Below, one piece after another: positions 56,264-64,000 of a DNA stretch of 64,000 nt. The first letter of the stretch is position 1; every line of letters starts with the position of its first letter. This stretch comes from Chloroflexota bacterium (GTDB taxonomy: Bacteria; Chloroflexota; Limnocylindria; P2-11E): NCBI GenBank assembly GCA_005889275.1, contig VBFI01000049.1, forward strand, positions 7,214-71,213, given 5' to 3'. Below the pieces are notes generated by a model. The model did not search any database. It saw only the letters and a list, made by a program, of their open reading frames with translations, and was not told the origin of the DNA. The position numbers were made by a program, and so were the translations under genes.

Positions 56264-57396
56264 CAGGACGCGCGCAGGAGATCGCGCGCGATGACGATGC
56301 GTTGGACTTCGCTCGTGCCCTCGCCGATCTCCATGAGGCGGGCGTCGCGGAGATGGCGCTCGACGGCGAAGTCGCGCAGGTATCCGTACCCGCCGAGGAC
56401 CTGCAGCGACGCGTCGGCAGCACGCGTCGCGGCCTCCGACGCGTAGAGCTTGGCCTTCGAGGCGGCATTCGAGAACGGCCGGCCCGCGTCGGCGAGGGCC
56501 GCCGCGCGGTGGACGAGGAGGCGCGCCGCGTCGAGCTCGGTCCGCGCCTTGGCGAGCTTCCACTGGATCATCTCGAACTCGGCGATCGGCCGCCCGAACT
56601 GCGTCCGCTCCTTCGCGTAGCGGGTCGCGATCTCCACCGAGGCACGCCCGAGCCCGGTCGCGAGCGCGGCGATCCCGATGCGTCCGCGATCGAGGACCTT
56701 CTTCACGTCGTCGAAGGCCGTGCCCTCGGCGCCGATGCGGTCGCCGGCCGGGACGCGGCACCCCGCGAGGATGAGCTGGGTCGTGTCCGACGCGTGCAGG
56801 CCCATCTTCTCCTCGCGCCGTCCCGCGCGGAACCCGGTCGTCCCGCGTGCGATGCCGAACGCCGTGAGCGTGCGCTCGCCGGTCGCCGCGAGGACCACGG
56901 CGAAGCCCGCGAGCCCGCCGTTGGTGATGAACTGCTTCGTTCCGCTGATCACGTAGGCGTCGCCGTCGCAGCGGGCGCGGCTCTGGACGGCGGCCGCGTC
57001 CGAGCCGGAGGATGGCTCGGTCAGGGCCCAGCAGCCGAGGTGGTCGCCCCGCGCGAGCGGGGGAAGCCAACGCTCCTTCTGCTCGTCGCTGGCGGCGACG
57101 AGGAGATGACCGATGCAGAGGGAGTTGTGTGCGGCGAGGGTGAGCGCGATCGAGCCATCGCCCGCGCCGAGCTCCTCCATCACGAGTGCGATCGAGACGC
57201 TGTCGAGCGCGGCGCCGCCGTACTCCGCGGGGACGGCGAGGCCCGTCAGGCCCAGCGTCGCGAGCTCCGGGAGGAGCGCGAGCGGGAACTCGCCGGCCTC
57301 GTTCCATGCGTCCGCGTTCGGGACGATCCGCGTGCGCACGAAATCGCGGACCGTGTCGCGAACGAGGAGCTGCTCCTCGCCGTAGCGAAAGTTCAC
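56263..57396 (-). CDS. Acyl-CoA dehydrogenase (paralog 2)
   Basis: 377 aa, ...ALTEPSSGSDAAAVQSRA...YASEAATRAADASLQVLGGYGY...GEGTSEVQRIVIARDLL. Confidence 0.85.
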   Translation of the reverse strand: MNFRYGEEQLLVRDTVRDFVRTRIVPNADAWNEAGEFPLALLPELATLGLTGLAVPAEYGGAALDSVSIALVMEELGAGDGSIALTLAAHNSLCIGHLLVAASDEQKERWLPPLARGDHLGCWALTEPSSGSDAAAVQSRARCDGDAYVISGTKQFITNGGLAGFAVVLAATGERTLTAFGIARGTTGFRAGRREEKMGLHASDTTQLILAGCRVPAGDRIGAEGTAFDDVKKVLDRGRIGIAALATGLGRASVEIATRYAKERTQFGRPIAEFEMIQWKLAKARTELDAARLLVHRAAALADAGRPFSNAASKAKLYASEAATRAADASLQVLGGYGYLRDFAVERHLRDARLMEIGEGTSEVQRIVIARDLLRAS

Positions 57397-57403
57397 TCGC
57401 CTG

Positions 57404-57793
57404 TCAGCGGGCCGCGGTCGGCTGCCCCGGATAGCCCTTCGCCTCCGGGATGTTCGGCGTGAGCTCGTCGACCATTCGCTGGTCTTCCTCGAGGACGGCG
57501 CGGTCCACGTCGTAGGCGGCCTGGCGCGTCTTCATGATCCGCTCGCGCTGGTCGGCCGGCAGCTGCACGAACGCCTTGATGCGCGCGGTGGTAAGCCGCT
57601 TGCGCTCCTCGCGATCCTCCATCCGCACGAGCTCGCGGAGCTGCGGTGTGAGCGCTCCGACACGGGCCGTGTCCACCGGGATCGCGGAGATCAGGCCGAA
57701 CCGGTGCTTCCAGAATTCGATCGCCTTCGCCTCGTCCTGTCCTCGCAGAGCCGCGAGTCCCGCGTCGACCGGTCGGTCGTCCTTCTTCGCCAT
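57404..57793 (-). CDS. Hypothetical protein
   Basis: MAKKDDRPVDAGLAALRGQDEAKAIEFWKHRFGLISAIPVDTARVGALTPQLRELVRMEDREERKRLTTARIKAFVQLPADQRERIMKTRQAAYDVDRAVLEEDQRMVDELTP...; no family recognized. Confidence 0.35.
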   Translation of the reverse strand: MAKKDDRPVDAGLAALRGQDEAKAIEFWKHRFGLISAIPVDTARVGALTPQLRELVRMEDREERKRLTTARIKAFVQLPADQRERIMKTRQAAYDVDRAVLEEDQRMVDELTPNIPEAKGYPGQPTAAR

Positions 57794-57890
57794 GTTCGTC
57801 GTCCCCCTTGCTGCGTGAACGTCACGCTCTATTTCGCTGATCCGCCGTCCACCGACGTCGCGCTCCACGGGCTGGCGGATGCCCATGTTC

Positions 57891-58310
57891 TCAGGCACCT
57901 GTGGCGATCCCACGCCTTTTCGGCACGGCGTCGCGCACGTACTTCGTGATCTCCTCGAGCGACGCGCCCGGCTGGAAGATGCGTTCTACGCCGATCTTCG
58001 CGAGGGCGGGGACATCCGCTTCCGGGATGATTCCCCCGCCGAAGAGCAGCACATCGTCCATGCCTTTCTCACGCATGAGCTCGGCGATGCGCGGGAAGAT
58101 GTAGTTGTGCGCCCCGGACAGGAGCGACACGCCGACCGCGTCGGCGTCCTCCTGCAACGCGGTCTCCACGACCTGCTCCGGGGTCTGATGGACGCCGGTG
58201 TAGATCACCTCCATGCCGGCGTCGCGCAGCGCGCGAGCCACCACCTTCACCCCGCGGTCGTGTCCGTCGAGGCCGGCCTTGGCCATGACCACGCGGATCG
58301 GGCGCTTCAC
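57891..58310 (-). CDS. Acyl-CoA mutase small subunit, B12 (cobalamin)-binding domain
   Basis: [70 protein letters not shown]...; the DxHxxG B12-binding motif is present in [11 protein letters not shown] start overlaps the upstream TGA (GTGA). Confidence 0.85.
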   Translation of the reverse strand: MKRPIRVVMAKAGLDGHDRGVKVVARALRDAGMEVIYTGVHQTPEQVVETALQEDADAVGVSLLSGAHNYIFPRIAELMREKGMDDVLLFGGGIIPEADVPALAKIGVERIFQPGASLEEITKYVRDAVPKRRGIATGA

Positions 58311-60046
58311 AGAACGATCCCGAGCTCCCCGAGGTGCTCCTCCCAGTGGAGGTACGTGTAGAAGGCGGCGATACCGAAGATGTTCGCGTCGGCGACCTGC
58401 CTCTCGGTGAGCGAGCCGATCGCCTCGCGAACGCGACGCGCCGAGGTGTCGAGCTCGTCGAGCATCGCCTCGGCTCCGACGAGCCGGTGTGCCTCGACGG
58501 CCCGGTCGTTCTCGGCCTGGATCGACGACGCGTCCCATTTCACAACGGTCCCAGCCGCGAGGTCGCGCACCGCGAGCTGCATCCAGTTCGCCGCGTGCGC
58601 ACAGAGATCGCGATACGTCCAGCCAGCGGGCGTCGTTTCGCCGAGGCCGGCGCGGCCACGCTCGCGGATCGCGCCGCGGAACGCGCGCCAGCCCTCGTCG
58701 AAGCGTGCGACCATCGCCGCCGCTGTCCGTGGCAGGGCCGCCTCGAGCTCCGCCCCGTGCTCGACGAAGTGGACGTAGGTCTCGCCCGCGACGAGCCGGA
58801 CGGCCATGAAGTGAACGTCGCGATCGGGCGGCAACGCGCCCAGGACGTCGAGGACGCCCTTGTAGGCCCGGTCGAGCCGCGCCACGACGTCGTGCGCGGA
58901 GCGGTCGCGCGCGAGATCGACTTCCCGCGCGTTCCGCTCGTCAACGTCGAGCACCCGCGCCCCGCGCGTGCCCAAAAGACGGTTCGGGAGCTCGGCCGGG
59001 ATCTCCTCCATCCAGAAGGCGAGGTGGCCGAGCATCGCTTTCAGGGTCCACCCCGCCGAGCTCGTGTTCGAAAGGGGCGCGAGGCCCAGCCGGCCGAGCG
59101 CGCGGCGCAGCGGGCGCCAGCCCTCGCGGACCCTCTCGAGGAGCTGCGCGGGCCGGGACGGAACGGCGGCGAATACCTCGTCAAAGTGCTCCGCGTAGTG
59201 CCCGTACGTGTTGCCGGCGACCACGGCGACGACCCAGTCCTCGTCAGCGTGGATCTGCTCGGTCGAGAGCATCTTGATCTCGGCGACGATCCGCTCGTGA
59301 GCCGCGTCGAGCTCGCGCATGACCTCGCGCCCGTCGCGACCCCGCGTGCGCGCGACCACGGCCGCGTTGAACTCGTCGGTGTCGTCGACCCCGGCATGGC
59401 GCTTCGCCTCACCGCTTTGGCGGAAAACATCGAGCCGGTCGGCCGTGCGTGCCTCCCACGCCGCCGCGTGCGCGGCGACGTCCTTGTACGTCCAGCCCGT
59501 CGCGGTCTTCTCCTCGAGCGTCGGGAGGCCGAGGGCCCCGAGCGCGAGCCGGAACGGGACCCAGTTCGTCCCCACGAGACCGAGGAGGTCGTCGCTGCCG
59601 CGGATGGCCGCGCCGATGTCCGCGTAATGGTCCGGGTAATGCCCGGTCGTGTTCCACTCCACGATCTGGGCGGCGAGACCCGGCGCGTCGTCCGGGAGCG
59701 CCTCGACGGTCTCAAGCAGCCGGTCGTGGGCGGCGCGCCACCGGGCGAACAGCTCGTCCGTCGTCCGGCCCTTCGCCTCCGCGGCCACGCGCGCGTTGAA
59801 CACATCGACCTCGTCGTAGAGCTTGGGATCTTCGCCGCGCTCGAGCACCGCCGCGACCCGTGGCGGCACGGTCTCCTCCCACGCGGCCAGGTGCGCGAGG
59901 TTCTCATTGAGCGACCAGCCCGTCGAAAGCGTTTCGCCGAAGCGGTCGGGCGGCAACGCCTCGAGCGCCGAGCGCAGCCGCCGATAGCCCTGGCCGATCT
60001 GCCGGCGGAGCGTGTCCTTAGAAATACCCCGGATCGTGGTACTCAC
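58307..60046 (-). CDS. Protein made of four tandem ClbS/DfsB-like (DUF1706, DinB/YfiT-like four-helix-bundle) domains
   Basis: 579 aa; four ~145-aa repeats, each with G-W-(S/T)-x-(K/N)-(D/E)-x-x-A-H-x-A-x-W ([56 protein letters not shown]) and a C-terminal His-rich helix ([53 protein letters not shown]). Confidence 0.7.
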   Translation of the reverse strand: MSTTIRGISKDTLRRQIGQGYRRLRSALEALPPDRFGETLSTGWSLNENLAHLAAWEETVPPRVAAVLERGEDPKLYDEVDVFNARVAAEAKGRTTDELFARWRAAHDRLLETVEALPDDAPGLAAQIVEWNTTGHYPDHYADIGAAIRGSDDLLGLVGTNWVPFRLALGALGLPTLEEKTATGWTYKDVAAHAAAWEARTADRLDVFRQSGEAKRHAGVDDTDEFNAAVVARTRGRDGREVMRELDAAHERIVAEIKMLSTEQIHADEDWVVAVVAGNTYGHYAEHFDEVFAAVPSRPAQLLERVREGWRPLRRALGRLGLAPLSNTSSAGWTLKAMLGHLAFWMEEIPAELPNRLLGTRGARVLDVDERNAREVDLARDRSAHDVVARLDRAYKGVLDVLGALPPDRDVHFMAVRLVAGETYVHFVEHGAELEAALPRTAAAMVARFDEGWRAFRGAIRERGRAGLGETTPAGWTYRDLCAHAANWMQLAVRDLAAGTVVKWDASSIQAENDRAVEAHRLVGAEAMLDELDTSARRVREAIGSLTERQVADANIFGIAAFYTYLHWEEHLGELGIVL

Positions 60047-61697
60047 CGAACACCTCCTTCAGCACGGCCACCTGCTCGCCGACGCTCGCGTACGCGCGGG
60101 CGCACTCGAGGAACCGCGGCATGAGCTCGCCCTTCGCCTTCGCGGCCCGCCGCAGCTCTTCGAGCGAGCTTCGCCAGCGTTCCTTGTCCCTCGTGCGGCG
60201 CGTCTCGGCGAGCCGTTCGTTCTGCTTCCGCTCGACGTCGGGATCGATCGCGAGGGTCGGGATGGGCACCTCCTCGTCGGTGGCGTACTTGTTGATCCCG
60301 ACGATCGTCTTCTCCCCTTCCTCGACCTGCTGCTGGAAGTGGAAGGCCGACTCGACGATCTCACGCTGCGGATAACCCTGCTCGACCGCTTCGACCATGC
60401 CGCCCCGCTTCTCGATCTCCGCGAGGTAACGCGCGAAACCGTCCTCCATCCGATCGGTGAGGTGCTCGAGGTAATACGAGCCCGCGAGCGGATCGATGGT
60501 GTCGGCGACCCCGGACTCGTGGGCGATGACCTGCTGCGTCCGGAGCGCGAGCGTCACCGCCTCCTTCGTGGGGAGCGCGTACGTCTCGTCGAGCGAGTTC
60601 GTGTGCAGCGACTGCGTGCCGCCGAGCACCGCGGCGAGGGCCTGCAAGGTCACGCGGACGACGTTGTTGTACGGCTGCTGCGCGGTGAGCGAGACTCCCG
60701 CGGTCTGCGCGTGGGTGCGCATGAGGAGCGCGCGCTCGTTCTTGGGGTGGTAGCGGCGCTCGATCTCCTTCGCCCAGATGCGCCTGGCCGCGCGGAGCTT
60801 GGCGACCTCCTCGAAGAAATCGTTGTGCACGTCGAAGAAGAACGACAGGTGCGGCACGAAGTCGTTGGGGTCGAGCCCGGCGTCGACGCCCCACTTCACG
60901 TATTCGAGCCCGTCGATGAGCGTAAAGGCGAGCTCCTGAACCGCGGTCGCCCCCGCCTCGCGGATGTGGTACCCGGAGATCGAGATGGTGTTCCACCTGG
61001 GTACCTCGCGTGAGCCGAAGCGGAACGTGTCGACCACGAGGCTCATCGCCGGCTTCACCGGCACGATCCACTCGCGCTGGGCGATGTACTCCTTCAAGGC
61101 GTCGTTCTGGATCGTCCCTCCCAGACGGTCGAGCGGGATCGCGCGCTTTTCGGCAGCGGCGAGGTACATCGCCCAGACGATCGAGGCCGGTCCGTTGATC
61201 GTCATCGACGTGGTGACCAGGTCGAGCGGTATCCGATCGAAGAGGATCTCCATATCGCGCAGCGTGTCGACGGCCACGCCCTCGCGCCCGACCTCGCCGC
61301 GCGACAGCGGATCGTCCGAGTCGCGGCCCATGAGCGTCGGCATGTCGAACGCCACGCTCAGTCCGTTCACGCCCTGCGAAAGCAGGTAGTGGAACCGCTC
61401 GTTGGAGTCCTCCGCCGAGCCGAAGCCGGCGAACTGCCGCATCGTCCAGAGGCGGCCCCGGTACATCGACGCCTGCACCCCGCGCGTGTACGGAAACTCC
61501 CCCGGGAAGCCGAGATCGCGCAGCGCATCGAAGCCGCCGAGGTCCTCCGCGGTGTAGACCGGCTCGATCGGATCGTCCGACAGCGTCGAGAAGCGTCGCC
61601 TGCGCTCGGGGTGCCGCTTGACGGCGGCCCCGTACACCTCCTCGAGCCAGCGTTGTTTGGCGGACTTCTGCGCCGGTGGCTCGACCTTCTGCTTCAT
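60018..61697 (-). CDS. Acyl-CoA mutase large (substrate-binding) subunit without a B12 domain, paralog 2 (ICM/MCM family)
   Basis: 559 aa from MKQKVEPPAQ...: [58 protein letters not shown].... The ATG overlaps the acyl-CoA dehydrogenase stop (ATGA). Confidence 0.85.
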   Translation of the reverse strand: MKQKVEPPAQKSAKQRWLEEVYGAAVKRHPERRRRFSTLSDDPIEPVYTAEDLGGFDALRDLGFPGEFPYTRGVQASMYRGRLWTMRQFAGFGSAEDSNERFHYLLSQGVNGLSVAFDMPTLMGRDSDDPLSRGEVGREGVAVDTLRDMEILFDRIPLDLVTTSMTINGPASIVWAMYLAAAEKRAIPLDRLGGTIQNDALKEYIAQREWIVPVKPAMSLVVDTFRFGSREVPRWNTISISGYHIREAGATAVQELAFTLIDGLEYVKWGVDAGLDPNDFVPHLSFFFDVHNDFFEEVAKLRAARRIWAKEIERRYHPKNERALLMRTHAQTAGVSLTAQQPYNNVVRVTLQALAAVLGGTQSLHTNSLDETYALPTKEAVTLALRTQQVIAHESGVADTIDPLAGSYYLEHLTDRMEDGFARYLAEIEKRGGMVEAVEQGYPQREIVESAFHFQQQVEEGEKTIVGINKYATDEEVPIPTLAIDPDVERKQNERLAETRRTRDKERWRSSLEELRRAAKAKGELMPRFLECARAYASVGEQVAVLKEVFGEYHDPGYF

Positions 61698-62842
61698 GCT
61701 GCGAGCAGCGAGCGCGCGATCACCAGGCGTTGGATCTCGCTCGTCCCTTCGTAGATCGTCGTCGCGCGGCCATCGCGGGCGTAGCGCTCGACGTCGTACT
61801 CGCGCATGTAGCCGTTGCCGCCGAGCGTCTGCACCGCCGCGTGCGTGGCCCGCTGCGCCATCTCGCTCGCGTAGAGCTTGGCCATCGCCGCTTCGCGCGT
61901 GAAGGGCCGGCCGCGATCGCGCAACCAGGCCGCCCGAAGCATGAGCAGGCGCGCGGCGTCGACCTGGGCCTCGAGCGCGGCGAGCGGGAAGCGCACGCCC
62001 TCGAAGTCGGCGATGGGGCGGCCAAACTGCCGGCGCTCCTTCGCGTACGAGCGCGCCCGGCGGAGCGCCGCCTTCGCGATCCCGATCGATTGCGCGGCGA
62101 TGTTGATCCGCCCCCCATCGAGTCCGGCCATGGCGAGGGCGAAGCCCTTTCCGACCTCGCCGAGCACCGCGTCGGCGCCGACGCGCGCGCCGTCGAGGAT
62201 GAGCGCGCTCGTGTCCGAGGCGCGCAGGCCGAGCTTTCGCTCCGCGGGACCCACGCTCACGCCTGGCGCGGCGAGCGGGACGAGGAAGGCGGTGATCCCT
62301 GCGGAGGCCTTCCGCGGATCGGGCGCGCCCACGCGCGCGAACACGATCGCGACCGGCGCGTAGCGCGCGTTGGTGATGAACTGCTTGCGGCCGTCGAGGA
62401 CCCAGCCGTCCCCGTCGCGGCGGGCAGCGGCGCGAAGCGACGCGGCGTCGCTTCCCGAGGTCGGCTCGCTCAGGGCGAACGCGCCGAGCCCGCTCCCGTC
62501 CGTGAGCTGAGGGAGCCAGCGGCGACGCTGCTCGACGGTGCCATTCCGCACGATCGTGCCGATGACGATCCCGCTGTTCACCGCGACGCCGACCGCGAGG
62601 GAGGCCCACGCGGCGGCAAGCTCCTCGAGGACGAGCGCGAACGCGACCGCCGACGCGCCGAGGCCGCCGTCAGCTTCCGGGACGCTCATCCGCAGCACCC
62701 CGAGCGGGCCGAGCTCGGCGATGACCTCACGCGGTATCGCGCCCGCCTTCTCGGCGGCCGAGATGCGCGCGCCAAGGCCGGCCGACCATGCGGCGACCGC
62801 CGCGGCCAGATCGCGCTCCGTCTCGCCGACAAAGCAGTTCAC
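61694..62842 (-). CDS. Acyl-CoA dehydrogenase (paralog 1)
   Basis: 382 aa from the GTG at 62842 (VNCFVGETERDLAAAVAAWSAGL...), overlapping the etfA TGA. ...ALSEPTSGSDAASLRAAARRDGDGWVLDGRKQFITNA...YEGTSEIQRLVIARSLL. Confidence 0.85.
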   Translation of the reverse strand: MNCFVGETERDLAAAVAAWSAGLGARISAAEKAGAIPREVIAELGPLGVLRMSVPEADGGLGASAVAFALVLEELAAAWASLAVGVAVNSGIVIGTIVRNGTVEQRRRWLPQLTDGSGLGAFALSEPTSGSDAASLRAAARRDGDGWVLDGRKQFITNARYAPVAIVFARVGAPDPRKASAGITAFLVPLAAPGVSVGPAERKLGLRASDTSALILDGARVGADAVLGEVGKGFALAMAGLDGGRINIAAQSIGIAKAALRRARSYAKERRQFGRPIADFEGVRFPLAALEAQVDAARLLMLRAAWLRDRGRPFTREAAMAKLYASEMAQRATHAAVQTLGGNGYMREYDVERYARDGRATTIYEGTSEIQRLVIARSLLAA

Positions 62843-63720
62843 GAGGCGGCCTTCACCTTCCTCACCGCCTCGGTGAACGCCGGGACGAACTCGAAGACAT
62901 CGGCGACGACGCCGTAGTCGGCGATCTTGAAGATGTCCGCGTCGGGATCCTTGTTCACCGCGACGATGACCTTGCTCGAGGTCATCCCGGCGAGGTGCTG
63001 GATCGCCCCCGAGATGCCGAGCGCGACATACAGGTCCGGGGTCACCGTCTTGCCGGTCTGCCCGACCTGCTCTTCGTTCGGCCGCCATCCCGCGTCGGTG
63101 ACCGCGCGCGACGCGCCGACCGCCCCGCCGAGGGCGTCGGCGAGTTGCTCGACGAGGTGCCAGTTCTCGGGCCCCCGCAGCCCTCGGCCGCCGGAGACCA
63201 CGACGCGTGCGTCGGCGAGCGAGACGCGCTTCCCGCTCGACGCCACCTCGGCGAACTTCACGAACTCGAGCTTCTCGGCGGCCGCGTCGGCGGGGATCTC
63301 CTCGACCGCCGGCGCGGCGGTCGCCTTGAGCGGCACCGCCCCGGGGCGGATCGTGACCACCGCGGGGAGCGGCACGCGGAGCCTCGCTCGGACCTTTCCG
63401 GCGTACATCGGACGCGTGACCTCGAGGTGATCGCCGCTCGTCTCGAGCGACGTCACGTCGGCCGCGTAGGCCCACGCTAGTCGCGCGGCGAGTCGCGCGC
63501 CGAGATCGCGGCCGTTCAACGTGGCCCCGAGGACCACGAGGTCCGCTTTGTCGGCCTCGACCCGCTTGGCGAGCGCGCTGGTGAAGGCGAGCGGCGAGTA
63601 GCGCTCGCCGGTGATCTCGACGACCGTCGCGGCTCCGAGATCCTTCGCTCTCGCGGCGGCCTCGAGCGACACCCGGCGGAGCTCGGCGCCCTTCCGTTCG
63701 GCGACGACGAGGATCTTCAC
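62839..63720 (-). CDS. etfA: Electron transfer flavoprotein alpha subunit
   Basis: 293 aa, MKILVVAERKGAELRRVSLEAAARAKDLG...GASRAVTDAGWRPNEEQVGQTGKTVTPDLYVALGISGAIQHLAGM.... Confidence 0.85.
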   Translation of the reverse strand: MKILVVAERKGAELRRVSLEAAARAKDLGAATVVEITGERYSPLAFTSALAKRVEADKADLVVLGATLNGRDLGARLAARLAWAYAADVTSLETSGDHLEVTRPMYAGKVRARLRVPLPAVVTIRPGAVPLKATAAPAVEEIPADAAAEKLEFVKFAEVASSGKRVSLADARVVVSGGRGLRGPENWHLVEQLADALGGAVGASRAVTDAGWRPNEEQVGQTGKTVTPDLYVALGISGAIQHLAGMTSSKVIVAVNKDPDADIFKIADYGVVADVFEFVPAFTEAVRKVKAAS

Positions 63721-64000
63721 AGGACCTTGGCCTCGTCGCGCAAGAGGGTCGCGAGCCGCTGGGCGGTCGTGGCCGCGTCGCCGTCCTTCAGGATCTTCCC
63801 GCCGCCGCGCGCCGGCGGCGGCTCCATCGAAAGGACCTCGAGCAGGGGCGCCGTCGCGTCGATCCCGAGCGAGCCGAAGGCGCGCTCGGGGATCTCCTTC
63901 TTCTTGGCCTTCATGATCCCGGGAAGCGACGGATACCGCGGCTCCTTCTCGCTCTTGTGCACGGTCGCGAGCGCGGGCAGCGCGGCCTTCCAGACCTCGT
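63717..64000 (-). CDS. etfB: Electron transfer flavoprotein beta subunit, C-terminal part only (5' end outside window)
   Basis: ...EPRYPSLPGIMKAKKKEIPERAFGSLGIDATAPLLEVLSMEPPPAR...; overlaps the etfA start. Confidence 0.7.
   Translation of the reverse strand, partial: EVWKAALPALATVHKSEKEPRYPSLPGIMKAKKKEIPERAFGSLGIDATAPLLEVLSMEPPPARGGGKILKDGDAATTAQRLATLLRDEAKVL

Noticed and set aside
57841-57855. Short inverted repeat gcgtg-aacgt-cacgc upstream of the B12 subunit gene
   Set aside because: Only a 5-bp stem, within the range of chance in 64 kb of 70% GC DNA. Not reported as a feature.
1-64000. CRISPR arrays, rRNA/tRNA genes, transposases, integrases, phage genes
   Set aside because: Looked for regularly spaced direct repeats, structural-RNA-like AT-richer islands and transposase/integrase motifs. 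None found; all sizeable ORFs are accounted for by metabolic, transport or housekeeping genes.

Overview
This 64 kb window comes from a very high-GC (about 70%) chromosome. Gene density is high, and start and stop codons frequently overlap by 4 nt (ATGA or GTGA). About 57 of roughly 65 genes lie on the minus strand; from 3102 to 43877 every gene is on the minus strand. No rRNA, tRNA, CRISPR array, transposase or integrase was seen. The six-frame track is full of antisense ORFs and Arg-rich N-terminal extensions typical of high GC. I took true gene starts from family-consistent N-termini and from start/stop overlaps.

Gene content, left to right:
- A suf fragment: sufS (partial), sufC and an Rrf2-type regulator, with a yjjX-like NTPase diverging from it.
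- An MsbA-like ABC exporter.
- A 15 kb array of peptide/nickel-type (family 5) ABC importer genes. It has five lipoprotein substrate-binding proteins (SBPs), three permease pairs and a single ATPase pair. One SBP-permease-permease module is a tandem duplicate that appears to be decaying.
- Directly upstream and translationally coupled to that array: a cell-wall (NlpC/P60) peptidase, an ECF sigma factor and a zinc-binding (ZAS) anti-sigma factor.
- The glycine cleavage system with split P protein (gcvT, gcvH, gcvPA, gcvPB).
- NUDIX, HD and SCP2 proteins, then tsaD, rimI, tsaB and tsaE.
- A 718-aa uncharacterized protein coupled to a C26 amidotransferase.
- Methylmalonyl-CoA epimerase and an acyl-CoA mutase large subunit.
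- A penicillin-amidase family hydrolase.
- An acyl-CoA carboxylase set (carboxyltransferase, biotin carboxylase, BCCP).
- A selenocysteine-containing formate dehydrogenase operon (fdhA with in-frame TGA, fdhE, fdhB, NrfD-like fdhC), with fdhD nearby.
- An orphan Flp pilin.
- A second acyl-CoA mutase module: etfB, etfA, an acyl-CoA dehydrogenase, a second mutase large subunit, a B12-binding small subunit and MeaB.

Embedded in that last module is the most unusual gene in the window. It encodes four tandem ClbS/DfsB (DUF1706)-like domains in one polypeptide, wedged between the mutase large subunit and the B12 subunit. Split gcvP, lipoprotein SBPs and a Sec-containing FDH suggest a high-GC monoderm lineage, such as deep-branching Actinobacteria or Thermomicrobia-like Chloroflexi. 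I cannot identify the taxon from the sequence alone.
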